From Cyanobacteriota bacterium (GTDB taxonomy: Bacteria > Cyanobacteriota > Cyanobacteriia > Thermostichales > Thermostichaceae): 64,000 bases of DNA. Below are positions 1-9,557 of the stretch, piece after piece. The number at the start of each line of letters is the position of its first letter. Positions within the stretch are counted from its first letter, which is position 1. The stretch covers positions 128,001 through 192,000 of the forward strand of contig JANRIL010000024.1 in NCBI GenBank assembly GCA_033764955.1, written 5' to 3'. The translations under genes were made by a program, and so were the position numbers. Below the pieces are notes generated by a model. That model saw only the letters and a list, made by a program, of their open reading frames with translations. It was not told the DNA's origin and made no database searches.

Positions 1-77
1 TCCTCAACAAGACCGGCACCAGCAGCCGCACCGAGCTAGTTCGCTATGCCATCACCTACGGGTTGATCCACCTTTGA
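1..77 (+). CDS. 3' end of NarL/LuxR-family response regulator (partial)
   Basis: Frame from position 3 reads LNKTGTSSRTELVRYAITYGLIHL*, a typical LuxR HTH C-terminus. Confidence 0.7.
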   Translation, partial: LNKTGTSSRTELVRYAITYGLIHL

Positions 78-884
78 GGGATCCATCGCCCATGGCTGAC
101 CGGCATCCCCAGTGGGCGGCTGAACCGCGATGACCAGAACGGTGGCACCAATCGTGGCAATCGGCAATACCAACAGATTGAGCAACGGCACCGCCAGCCA
201 GCCAAAGGTGATCAGACTAAATCCGGCCATCAAGCAGCGATGCTTTTGCACAAAGGCTAGCTTCTGATGGAAGCGCAACCCCCTTCCACTCAAGGGAGGA
301 TCCACCATATCCAACCCCGCCAAAAAAATCAGGATGAGGATCATCGTAAGCTGACCCAGCACCGGGATCCCCCAACCCATGCCTGCCGCCAGCAAGAGCA
401 AAAATACCTGCATCCCGATCTGGCGAACCGTATCCGCCAGTGCCGCCCCCCAGGGGATCCCTACCCCCTCGGACACCTGCCCCCGCAATAGCCCCTCGGT
501 TTGTTTCGCTAACGCCTCTCGAAAGGGAATAGAGATCAGGCTCATCAGCGGAAAAAACAAAAACAGAACCAATCCCAACAGCACTACCACTCCACTCAAG
601 GCTCCTATCCCATGCATCACCCAACTGGGCAAAGTGGCAGGCAGATAGCCCAGCAACACCCCAGTCAACTGAGAACTCACCCAAGACAAGCCCAGCAGCA
701 CCCCCATCGTCAGCAATACGGGCAAAATACTGGTAATCTGCAACCGCGGTGAGGCTCGCAACAGTCGCCAGCCCTCCCCCCAAAAGCGGATCCCCATCCA
801 AAATTGGTAGAGGGATCCCCGTTGTGGCTGATAAGCAGACAACATGGGCGAATCCAGCAGCAATAGCTGTGACATAGCAGCCAA
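36..884 (-). CDS. EI24/CysZ-family membrane protein
   Basis: Multi-TM protein with PF..ALA and VPLLNLLVLPIATIGAT motifs. Confidence 0.75.
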   Translation of the reverse strand: MAAMSQLLLLDSPMLSAYQPQRGSLYQFWMGIRFWGEGWRLLRASPRLQITSILPVLLTMGVLLGLSWVSSQLTGVLLGYLPATLPSWVMHGIGALSGVVVLLGLVLFLFFPLMSLISIPFREALAKQTEGLLRGQVSEGVGIPWGAALADTVRQIGMQVFLLLLAAGMGWGIPVLGQLTMILILIFLAGLDMVDPPLSGRGLRFHQKLAFVQKHRCLMAGFSLITFGWLAVPLLNLLVLPIATIGATVLVIAVQPPTGDAGQPWAMDPSKVDQPVGDGIAN

Positions 885-1067
885 AGGGAGAAGTCGACAA
901 ACCGCCTCAACACCCTAAAGACCACGCAGGGAAGGGAAGCTGGCTTGGTAAAATGAGGAAGTGGTTGAGGCAGGTACAGCCCAAGGACTGTCTCTCAATT
1001 GTCTCACTTACCTAGGATTTCGATTGTATGGGTTTGTGGTTGATTTTTGCCTGTGGAGGGGATTGCT

Positions 1068-1472
1068 GTGTTTAAGAAAATCTTGTTTCCTATCGATAAT
1101 TCCCGTGAAACGAGCCATGCCATCACTCTGGTGGCTGATATCGCCCAACGCTACTCCAGCGCGATTTATCTCTTGTCGGTGCTTGATCAAACCAACCTAG
1201 CCCCTGACCAAGCCGCCCATGCTCGTTCCACCACTCAGTCCTTACTGCAACAGACCGAGGCTGCCTTCCAGCAAGTCGGACTGCCCACCATCAAAAGTGA
1301 ATATCGGGAAGGCAAAGTGCCCTTTGTCATCTGCGATGTGGCGGATGAACGGGAGATTGACTTGATTGTGATGGGCTGTCGCGGCATTGGCTTGACCAGC
1401 GAAGGCAATGAAGACAGCGTTAGCAACCGCGTCATCAATCTCGCCCCCTGTCCAGTATTGGTCGTACCTTAG
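1068..1472 (+). CDS. Universal stress protein
   Basis: FKKILFPIDNS; DLIVMGCRG; SVSNRVINLAPCPVLVVP; GTG start at 1068 is likely. Confidence 0.92.
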   Translation: MFKKILFPIDNSRETSHAITLVADIAQRYSSAIYLLSVLDQTNLAPDQAAHARSTTQSLLQQTEAAFQQVGLPTIKSEYREGKVPFVICDVADEREIDLIVMGCRGIGLTSEGNEDSVSNRVINLAPCPVLVVP

Positions 1473-1675
1473 GCATTAAGGATTGTAAAATTTCTGATCC
1501 ATAGCTCTCAGGCTGGACGCTATTCTGAGACAGTTAAATTTCGGGAGAAGAGAGCGTTGAGACCGCTTAGGCTCCCTAAGTTGGCGCGACGGCTGGGGAT
1601 TTTCCTTGATTTGGCGCTCAGCAAAGGCTGCTGTAAAACGAAGATCAGTTCTTTACATCTTGGTTAAAGGTCTTT

Positions 1676-2020
1676 ATGGAAACTCGCGGCTATAAAAAGG
1701 CTACGCAAAAGTCGTTCGAGGTGATGAAACACTTTGCGGAAACCTATGCCAAGCGAAGTGATACCTACTTTTGCTCTGACTCTTCCATTACCACGGCGGT
1801 GATCGAGGGGCTGGCGATGCATAAAGAAGAGTTGGGATCCCCACTTTGTCCTTGCCGCTTCTATGAAGACAAAGAGGCTGAGGTCAAATCCGGTTATTGG
1901 AATTGCCCCTGTGTGCCGATGCGGGAGCGCAAAGAGTGCCATTGTCTATTGTTTCTGACGCCAGATAACGCCTTTGCGGGAACAGCTCAGGTGTTAGAGG
2001 AAGTGGAATTAGAGTATTGA
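1676..2020 (+). CDS. ftrC: Ferredoxin-thioredoxin reductase catalytic subunit
   Basis: CPC, WNCPC and CHC motifs. Confidence 0.95.
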   Translation: METRGYKKATQKSFEVMKHFAETYAKRSDTYFCSDSSITTAVIEGLAMHKEELGSPLCPCRFYEDKEAEVKSGYWNCPCVPMRERKECHCLLFLTPDNAFAGTAQVLEEVELEY

Positions 2021-2089
2021 AAGAAGCTTAAGGGACTTTTGGGAGTCCAATTTGAGGGTTAGCGAGTATCGATGATTGGTTGGGACAGG

Positions 2090-2554
2090 TTATCTGACTG
2101 GGCAGGGCAGGCGCATAATGCTTAAACCTGATCTGGTTTGCTCAGAGAGTTCTGCCCCCAGTCGGCGATAAAAATTAGGGATATCGGTACCCAGATAAAC
2201 CTCGCTAAACCCCAGTTGGTGGCTGACTTGTTGGAGGTGAATCACCAAGGTGCTGCCAATTCCCCGCCGGCGGTGGCTGGGCACAACATAGAGAGCGGCT
2301 AACCACGGAAAGAGATGGGGGCGGTTGGGATCATCGTTAGCAATTAGGTTGATCGTGCCCACCGGAATGCCCTCGATCAGGGCTAACAAGCTGAGGGGGA
2401 GGTGATGGGGATCCACAGCTTCCGCCAACCGCTGTTCAAAAAAAACCGGATCATAGGCGGGCTGATCCGCCCAAAAAGCTTGGTAGATCCAGTCGGCCAC
2501 TTGCGGGATAGCCTGGGGATGCTGAAAGAGATGAGCAATCTGTAGGGGCACCAT
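2090..2554 (-). CDS. GNAT acetyltransferase
   Basis: LYVVPSHRRRGIGSTL acetyl-CoA motif; FYRRLG. Confidence 0.88.
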   Translation of the reverse strand: MVPLQIAHLFQHPQAIPQVADWIYQAFWADQPAYDPVFFEQRLAEAVDPHHLPLSLLALIEGIPVGTINLIANDDPNRPHLFPWLAALYVVPSHRRRGIGSTLVIHLQQVSHQLGFSEVYLGTDIPNFYRRLGAELSEQTRSGLSIMRLPCPVR

Positions 2555-2666
2555 CGCTCTGGCTCAAAAGGGGAATAAACGGGCAAGATCGTCCGCTTGG
2601 TCTGGCAAGAAGAGGGCATCCCCTTGGTATGATCGAAATGTTGGTCTTTATTTTAAGATTCCCACC

Positions 2667-2783
2667 ATGACTCCATCTTTAGCCAATTTTCTCTATAGCC
2701 TAGTTGCTGGGGCCGTAGTTTTGGGTTCCCTGTTTGTTGCTCTATTGATTGTCAGCCAACGGGACAAGGTTCGCCGCAGTTGA
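2667..2783 (+). CDS. psbX: Photosystem II protein PsbX (38 aa, below the ORF-track cutoff)
   Basis: Manual translation MTPSLANFLYSLVAGAVVLGSLFVALLIVSQRDKVRRS*. Confidence 0.93.
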   Translation: MTPSLANFLYSLVAGAVVLGSLFVALLIVSQRDKVRRS

Positions 2784-2878
2784 GCCAAATCGGTTAAGCA
2801 CCATCCGGTTTAAGCGTCCCCACCATAGCCTGAACTGTTGGTGACTGCTATCGATCCCGTCTTGGGCATCTGCCACTG

Positions 2879-3970
2879 TTGCATGGATTGAGCCACCCCA
2901 TTTTGACTCTCCTCATCAACCTATCCTGCTTGATCCCACAGCCCAGTGGGATCTCTGTTTATGCCCTTAATGTGCTACCCCACCTCCATCCTTTGGATCC
3001 GGTTGTGCTCAGTAACGAAGCGGTGGCGGGTTTTTACAGTATCGGGATCCCTTTCCTGCCTTCTGGGGAAGAGGGGCGATTTCGCCATGTCAGGCGCTTA
3101 GCCTGGATTCAATTTGGCTTGCCCCGTTGCTATCGGCAGCAGGCAGCCTCCCTTTTATTCTCCCCTCTGCCGGAAGCTCCCCTCCATTCTGGCTGTCGAT
3201 CGGTGGTGATGGCTCATGATGTCATCCCCTTACGCTTTCCCGTGGCTGGCAGTCCTCTCTTGCCCTATTTTCGCCACTATGTGCCTCAGGTGTTGCGGCA
3301 AGCCCAGCACATCATTTGCAATTCTCAAGCAACCGCCGATGATTTGATCCAGTTTTATGGCCTTCCAGCTCGGCAGATTACCCCGATTCCATTAGCCTAT
3401 GACCCGACCCATTTTCGCTGGCTGAACCTGCCCACCCAACCCTATTTCCTATATGTCGGGCGTTTGGATCCCCACAAAAACCTGGCTCGCTTGATTACCG
3501 CTTTTGCCCATTTGCCAAGGGAGCTATCGGTAGAACTGTGGCTAGCCGGATCCTCAGATAGCCGTTATCGCCCTCCCCTAGAGGCTCAGGTTGAGGAGCT
3601 AGGGATCCACCCACGGGTGAAATGGCTGGACTACGTGCCCTTGGCGGAGCTGCCTATCTTGCTCAATCAGGCGTTGGCTTTGGTGTTTCCTAGTTTGTGG
3701 GAGGGGTTTGGCTTGCCGATAGTAGAGGCGATGGCCTGTGGAACTCCGGTGATTACTTCCAATCGAGCCTCTCTAGCAGAGATAGGGGCTGATGCGGCTC
3801 TCTTGGTGGATCCTGAAAATATTGATGCCCTGCAAGCCGCCATGCAGCAGGTTGCCACGGATCCCCAATTATTTCAGCAGCTACGACAAAAAGGATTAGA
3901 GCGTTCCCGACGGTTTAGCTGGCAAAACACCGGAGCCGCCACGCTAGGAATTCTGCGGCAACATCTTTGA
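2879..3970 (+). CDS. Glycosyltransferase family 4
   Basis: HDVIP; YVGRLDPHKN; PSLWEGFGLPIVEAMACGTPVI. Confidence 0.93.
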   Translation: MHGLSHPILTLLINLSCLIPQPSGISVYALNVLPHLHPLDPVVLSNEAVAGFYSIGIPFLPSGEEGRFRHVRRLAWIQFGLPRCYRQQAASLLFSPLPEAPLHSGCRSVVMAHDVIPLRFPVAGSPLLPYFRHYVPQVLRQAQHIICNSQATADDLIQFYGLPARQITPIPLAYDPTHFRWLNLPTQPYFLYVGRLDPHKNLARLITAFAHLPRELSVELWLAGSSDSRYRPPLEAQVEELGIHPRVKWLDYVPLAELPILLNQALALVFPSLWEGFGLPIVEAMACGTPVITSNRASLAEIGADAALLVDPENIDALQAAMQQVATDPQLFQQLRQKGLERSRRFSWQNTGAATLGILRQHL

Positions 3971-3983
3971 CGGGAGAGGGAAA

Positions 3984-4838
3984 CTAGAGCGGGTTGGCGG
4001 AACGGAGTTGATTAGCAGTGTTTTGGGATTCGAGGGTTGTGACTTTATTCATGCCGTGGCTAGCCGGATCAAACCCCTGGTCAAAATGGGTGTAATCATC
4101 GTACATGGCTCCGCTTAAGATAGCTCCCCGCAAATCAGCCCCCACCAAGTTTGCCCCTGCCAAGTTCGCCCCCGTCAGATTGGCTTCCCACAATTTTGCT
4201 CCCGCCAGATTGGCTTGGCTGAGGTTGGCACGAGTCAGATCCGCCTGCCATAGGTCGGATCCGCCACTCAAGTTGGCTTTGGTCAGATCAGCTCCCTGCA
4301 ATTTGGCATCCCATAATTCGGTTTTGAGCAGTTCAGCTCCCCGCAGTTGCGTATCCTTGAGACGGGCTTCCCAGAGGCTAGCCCCACTCAAATTGGCTCC
4401 ACTTAGATCGGCTCCACTCAGATCGGCTTCGTTCAATCGGGCTTTGGCAAGACGAGCCTCCCGTAGATCACAGCCCACTAGGTTAGCGGCAGTCAGGTTG
4501 GTTTCACTAAAATTTCCCACGGCGAGGGTAGCTCGCTCTAAGTTGGCTTGGCTGAGGTTAGCTTTGCTGCAATCTGCCTGCAACAAATTGGACTGGCTGA
4601 GGTTGGCGCGATACAAATCCGCTCCACTCAGGTTGGAACCACTTAGATTGGCTCCTTGCAGTTGCGCCCCTTGCAGTTGGATCCCTTGCAGTTTGGATCC
4701 CCAGAGGGCGATTCCAACTAGGTTGGCTCGATTTAAGTTAGAACCCGCCAGGTTCACATGATCAAATTCTCGCTCACCAGAGCTATAGCGTTGGGTGAGA
4801 TCGATGGCGTTGTAGACAGGTCGAGGCTGGCTATTCAT
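3984..4838 (-). CDS. Pentapeptide repeat protein
   Basis: Tandem A(N/D)LxX repeats throughout. Confidence 0.95.
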   Translation of the reverse strand: MNSQPRPVYNAIDLTQRYSSGEREFDHVNLAGSNLNRANLVGIALWGSKLQGIQLQGAQLQGANLSGSNLSGADLYRANLSQSNLLQADCSKANLSQANLERATLAVGNFSETNLTAANLVGCDLREARLAKARLNEADLSGADLSGANLSGASLWEARLKDTQLRGAELLKTELWDAKLQGADLTKANLSGGSDLWQADLTRANLSQANLAGAKLWEANLTGANLAGANLVGADLRGAILSGAMYDDYTHFDQGFDPASHGMNKVTTLESQNTANQLRSANPL

Positions 4839-5009
4839 GACAACAGGGATCCTTAAACGAGGGGGAGAAAGCGGTCACAAGGGTTTTAGCTGTGTTTCAT
4901 CTTTCCGTATTTTTCGGGAGGGCATAGGTATCTGGATCACCAAGCCAGTCGTCCCCAGATCACAAAGGAGGGATCCCGTTATCTTATTCATTTCTTAACC
5001 TGACGGTTC

Positions 5010-5945
5010 TCAAAAATCACTGAACCGCCACAATCGCACCCCCCAAAAAGCCAGCAGGAAAAGGAGCATCAAGCCATCCCATCCGTTTAGGCGAAAGCGA
5101 TGCCAGCGCACCTGATGTTGGGATCCCATAAAGCCGCGTACCTGCATGGCGTTAGCGGTTTGTTCGGCTCGCAACAGCAGATTTTCCAGGAGGCGTTCCA
5201 CCAGCGAAAGGAGGGTGTGAATGGCTGTTCGTAAGGAAAGGGTCTGCCAGCGAATGTCGCGGGTGCGAACGGCGCGCACCAGGTTTTGCACTTCTTCTAG
5301 CACAAGGGGCAAAAACCGCAGGGCAAGGGTGAGGGTCAGGATAATTTCTGAGACCGGGATTCGCCATCGCTTGAGGGGATGGCCCAGCCGCTCCAGGCTT
5401 TCCGCCACTTCTTCGGGGGAGGTGGTGAGCAAAAAAAGGTTGGTGGCGTAGAGGAGGGTAAAGATGAGGGTGGAGAGGCGGTTGGCAATCGACAGGGAGC
5501 GCTGGGTGACGATCAACGGCCCGAACCCCAAAACCTTGTCGGCGAAAAGACGATAGCGGTACGGGCTGGGCGGGATGGAAGGGGGGGGGAGAGAGGGGGA
5601 TGGAGGGGAGACTAGCCCATACTGACTAACCTGGGCATCCTGTCGTTGCACCTGGGGGGTTACGCCCAAACCGTCGGGGGCAGTGAAGGTGAGCAAAAAA
5701 GTCAGGCCACTCAACAGCATCACTAACCCCAGTTGGCGGCTCCAGACTCGCCGTGGCAGCCCAATCAGAAAGGTAAGCACGAGCAAAGCCCCAACGATCA
5801 AAATTCGCCATAGGTCGGTGGCTAGGATGGGGCTAAGCAGCACGCTCAGCAACCAGACAAATTTCACCCGTGGATCGCGTTGGTGCAGCCAAGTTCGGGG
5901 GGACTCTAGGTAAAGACCCAGAGGAACATTACGCAGAATATCCAT
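5010..5945 (-). CDS. ECF transporter transmembrane component (CbiQ/EcfT family)
   Basis: DPRVK; LRFLPLVLEE; AMQVRGF. Confidence 0.88.
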   Translation of the reverse strand: MDILRNVPLGLYLESPRTWLHQRDPRVKFVWLLSVLLSPILATDLWRILIVGALLVLTFLIGLPRRVWSRQLGLVMLLSGLTFLLTFTAPDGLGVTPQVQRQDAQVSQYGLVSPPSPSLPPPSIPPSPYRYRLFADKVLGFGPLIVTQRSLSIANRLSTLIFTLLYATNLFLLTTSPEEVAESLERLGHPLKRWRIPVSEIILTLTLALRFLPLVLEEVQNLVRAVRTRDIRWQTLSLRTAIHTLLSLVERLLENLLLRAEQTANAMQVRGFMGSQHQVRWHRFRLNGWDGLMLLFLLAFWGVRLWRFSDF

Positions 5946-5948
5946 CCG

Positions 5949-8021
5949 TCAGGGGAGTTTTTCTACGAGGGGGGTATTACCCAGTTGCGCCGCCACCCAG
6001 CCGCCAGGGGATCCCTCTGGCTCAACCTGTAACCAAAGCGGGACTTGTCCATCCGTGCCCAGTTGCGCCTTAACCACCCGTAGGGAGGACTGGGCAGGAG
6101 CGGCTCCCACGACTCCGGCTTCTAGGCTGGGCTGTTGACGGATGCGGATGCCATCGCTAGAGACCACCCGTACCTGTTGCACCCCTTGCCAGTCGGGGGG
6201 GATGGTGGGGGCGGGGGGGGGGGTAGGGGCAGCCTCTGGGATCTCGACGGGAGCCTGATCCAACTGAACTTGCGGTTGCTCGGTCGGACCAGGGGGGGTA
6301 GGAGTTAACAACCCCCGCACAATCTGCACAATCACCACCAAGCACACCACTACCACACCAACCCCCCCCGCCAAGCGTAAAAGGGGAGCTGGGGAAGGGG
6401 AGCGAGGCGAACGTTTGCGGCTTGGGCGATGGCGATGGGAAAGGGTGGGATCCCCCACCTCCCCTGACCAACGTTCCCCCTCCTGGCTGGGAGGACGCAA
6501 GCCCATCTCAGCGACATTGGCATAGGCGGGTAAATCGGCCATGCGGGGGGGCAGCACTTCCGTGGAAGCTGCGCCGCGCTGAGGAGCTGAGGCCGCCATC
6601 ATACCCTCCGAAAAAGCAGAGTTGGTGGAGGGATCCCCCCGCCCTTGACGACCAACAGCCATGCCTTCGACTTCAGTGTCACTGCGGGGCTGTGGGGGCT
6701 GAGGAGAAAGCATTTCGGGGTGGGGTGCAGCTCCCCATCCTTCCCCTAGACCATAGTTCCAAGTCGATCCGGCGGCGGCAGCAACACCCGCCCGTTCAAA
6801 ATTAGGAATATGGATCCGGGAAGGCAGCGGGGCGCTATCCTCTTTCCCAGAGGTGAGCATCTCATCCAGATAGGCCTGCACCTGTGGGTTATCAAAGTAG
6901 GTTCGCAAATCTACGGATCCCACCTCTAGGCCGCGAAATTCGGGAAAAATTTCCTGTTCAAACCAGCGTTCCGTAAACTGGCACAGCCCCGGCAACCAGT
7001 CAGGGGATCCGGCGGACTGCTCTTGAATAAACCGCAGAGGTTCCGGTTCGCGGGCTTGCTGCAAATGGTGGAGGGCTTTCTCCGTTTGTCCCAGCAATAG
7101 ACTACAAATGGCCTGCTCTAGGTGGACATCCTGCCGTTGGGCTAGCCGGGCTAAATAGCCACGACCCCGCCGTACCAGGGCTGGCCGATTTTCGACATAG
7201 CCTCGCGCCAACAAAACCTGCACCGCCAGATAAGTAGCTACCATTGAGGGGCGATCGGCCTCTCGCTCAAATAACTCCTGTTGCTCCGCTAGGGTCATTT
7301 GCCGCCGCAAGCGTTGCACAAACCGCAGAAAGTCTTCGGTGCTAAAGGTAGAGCCATCCTGTCCCAGTCCTTCAATCCCCCGCCGCTCCTGCAACATCCC
7401 CTGCAAGAGGCTGAGTCCTTCCGCTCGCTGCGAATCCGATTCGTCCAAGCCCAATAGATGCAAAATCCGATAGGGGCGCAGATGGCCTAAGCTTTCCTTC
7501 AGCTCTGCCTGCAAATCAGGAAAAGCTTTCTGGTGTTCCAACTGGTGCAAAGCGAACTCTAGGGATTGAGCGGCCTGCTCAAAGGATCCCTGCTGCCAAG
7601 CCTCCCGCCCTAGTTCTAGTCGGGCAATCCCCATGGTGAGTAGAGCGTCGGCATGGAAAAGCGAGGGGTGAGCTAAGAGCGCCTCGGACACCTGCAAAGC
7701 AGCCTGAAAATCCCCCGTTTCACACAAGATCAGTAGGGCGGCGGGCAACAGGGGATCCGGAATATCCAAGCTGGGATTAGCCGCCATCATGTGGGCGTCA
7801 TAGTTCTGGCGTTGCTGGGGATCCAAAAGCACGCTGGCGGCTTCCTGCAAGAGCTGTTCCCGTCCCTGTAAGGCTTGTGGCGAAAACCCTGGCCAAAGAC
7901 TGCGATCCGGGGCGGTTTCCTGCGGGGGACGGATCCGTTCTCGATAGGCCTGCTCGATCTGCCGATCATCAGCCTGGATGGGCAACATGAGAATGCGATA
8001 GTAATCGAGAGCTACCTGCAC
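5949..8021 (-). CDS. ftn2: Ftn2/ZipN (ARC6-like) cell division protein with SH3b-like C-terminus
   Basis: VQVALDYYRIL J-like N-terminus; LRPYRIL; LEQAICSLLLGQTE; LPGLC..TERW; YFDNPQVQAYL; single TM helix; GTG at 8021 preferred over the ORF-track start. Confidence 0.85.
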   Translation of the reverse strand: MQVALDYYRILMLPIQADDRQIEQAYRERIRPPQETAPDRSLWPGFSPQALQGREQLLQEAASVLLDPQQRQNYDAHMMAANPSLDIPDPLLPAALLILCETGDFQAALQVSEALLAHPSLFHADALLTMGIARLELGREAWQQGSFEQAAQSLEFALHQLEHQKAFPDLQAELKESLGHLRPYRILHLLGLDESDSQRAEGLSLLQGMLQERRGIEGLGQDGSTFSTEDFLRFVQRLRRQMTLAEQQELFEREADRPSMVATYLAVQVLLARGYVENRPALVRRGRGYLARLAQRQDVHLEQAICSLLLGQTEKALHHLQQAREPEPLRFIQEQSAGSPDWLPGLCQFTERWFEQEIFPEFRGLEVGSVDLRTYFDNPQVQAYLDEMLTSGKEDSAPLPSRIHIPNFERAGVAAAAGSTWNYGLGEGWGAAPHPEMLSPQPPQPRSDTEVEGMAVGRQGRGDPSTNSAFSEGMMAASAPQRGAASTEVLPPRMADLPAYANVAEMGLRPPSQEGERWSGEVGDPTLSHRHRPSRKRSPRSPSPAPLLRLAGGVGVVVVCLVVIVQIVRGLLTPTPPGPTEQPQVQLDQAPVEIPEAAPTPPPAPTIPPDWQGVQQVRVVSSDGIRIRQQPSLEAGVVGAAPAQSSLRVVKAQLGTDGQVPLWLQVEPEGSPGGWVAAQLGNTPLVEKLP

Positions 8022-8255
8022 AGTCGTCTCCTCACCACGTCCTGAATCCTTGACCCTGAGCAATTGCAAGCTATCCCTAGCGTTGAGCGGGCGTCCCTTA
8101 GTTCTGTCCTCTTGCTTTATGAGGATAGTTCTGTGGGAGGCATCCGCAAAAATAATAACCTTAATACCATAGCAAGGTTGGCAACCGTAGACTTTCGCTT
8201 GGACGGCAAGGTCAGAACCCGTTAGGCTGGAGGCTAAGGTTTCATCGATGAACTC

Positions 8256-9506
8256 GTGGTCTTTCCCTCTTGGCTTCCGCAATTTGGGATGCAAGTTTGG
8301 CTAATGTCGTTGGGGCGCTTGCTCTCTCAGGTAGGAACGGGATTTACTCTGTTTTTCGCCTCCATTTATTTTGTCAACCAGGTGGGGCTGAGTGCCACTC
8401 AGGTGGGGCTGGGACTAGGGCTGATGGCGCTAACCGGCATCCTGGGGCGACTAGCGGGGGGATCCCTATCGGATGGAGCCTGGGGACGTAAGCCCACCCT
8501 TCTGGCCGCCTTGCTAGTGTCGGCGACGGGTGCTTTAGCTTTGGCCTTTGCCCAGAATTTTGTCTGGTTTTTGGTGGCGAATGGAATCGCTGGATTGGGG
8601 CAGGGGTTATATTGGCCACCCGCCGAGGCGATCGTTGCAGACTTGATTACCCGTGAGCAGCGCAACGAAGCTTTTGCCCTCAGCCGATTGGGGGACAACC
8701 TGGGCAACAGCATCGGGGTGGCTTTAGCGGGCTTGCTGGTGGCAGCTACCGGAGCCTTTCGTGCCCTCTTTATCATTGATGCCCTGACTTTTCTGGTTTT
8801 TGCTGGATTGGTGGTGTTTTATATTCGAGAAACTCGGTCAGCGGAATGGCGAAATCAGGGGCTTTTGGCTGGATGGAAAGTAGCGTTTTCCGACCGCTAT
8901 CTGCTGATTTTTGCTGCCGCTAATATTGTCTTCACTACCTATATTTCGCAACTCAGCAGTAGCCTGCCCCTTTATCTCAACAATCAAGTGGGGCTAAGCC
9001 AATGGATCAGTCTTTTGTTTACCCTCCATGGGTTGCTGATTGCCTTGCTGCAACTGCCGGTTGCCCGTTGGCTGAATGGCCTGACTCGCATTGGAGGACT
9101 ACAAATCTCCTTACTGGGCTGGGGCTTAGGATTTGCCGTGATTGGGGGGGCTGGGGTGCAGTCCTATCTGGGGCTGGGGCTAGCGGGGCTGGGTCTGGTG
9201 ATCTTGTCGCTGGCTCTGGTGTTTTACAATCCTTCCGCTTCTTCGCTGGTGGTGGATCTGGCTCCAGAGCATCTGCGGGGGGTTTATCTATCGGTCAACT
9301 CCCTTTGCTGGGCAGTGGGTTATGGCATTGGGCCTGTGATTGGGGGGATGGTTCTGGATTTACCGGATCCCTGGCAGCACAGCTTGTGGCTGATCTGGAT
9401 GGTCAGTACGCTGGGGGTGGCGGCGATCTTGCAGGGGCTAGCTCGCATTTTGCCCAACGGCCTGAGGCTAGGGTTGCCCCCCCTCTCGGAGGGATCTCTT
9501 CCCTAA
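8256..9506 (+). CDS. MFS transporter
   Basis: About 12 TM helices; GSLSDGAWGRK motif A. Confidence 0.9.
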   Translation: MVFPSWLPQFGMQVWLMSLGRLLSQVGTGFTLFFASIYFVNQVGLSATQVGLGLGLMALTGILGRLAGGSLSDGAWGRKPTLLAALLVSATGALALAFAQNFVWFLVANGIAGLGQGLYWPPAEAIVADLITREQRNEAFALSRLGDNLGNSIGVALAGLLVAATGAFRALFIIDALTFLVFAGLVVFYIRETRSAEWRNQGLLAGWKVAFSDRYLLIFAAANIVFTTYISQLSSSLPLYLNNQVGLSQWISLLFTLHGLLIALLQLPVARWLNGLTRIGGLQISLLGWGLGFAVIGGAGVQSYLGLGLAGLGLVILSLALVFYNPSASSLVVDLAPEHLRGVYLSVNSLCWAVGYGIGPVIGGMVLDLPDPWQHSLWLIWMVSTLGVAAILQGLARILPNGLRLGLPPLSEGSLP

Positions 9507-9557
9507 ATGGGACGCCCTGCGATTTGCTATGGTAGGAGCAGCTTTACGAAACTTGAC

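Noticed and set aside
4105..4761. 218-aa repetitive plus-strand ORF
   Set aside because: Antisense shadow of the pentapeptide repeat gene
8022..8294. N-terminal extension of the 781-aa ORF
   Set aside because: Ftn2 similarity begins at GTG 8021, and the extension overlaps the divergent MFS start
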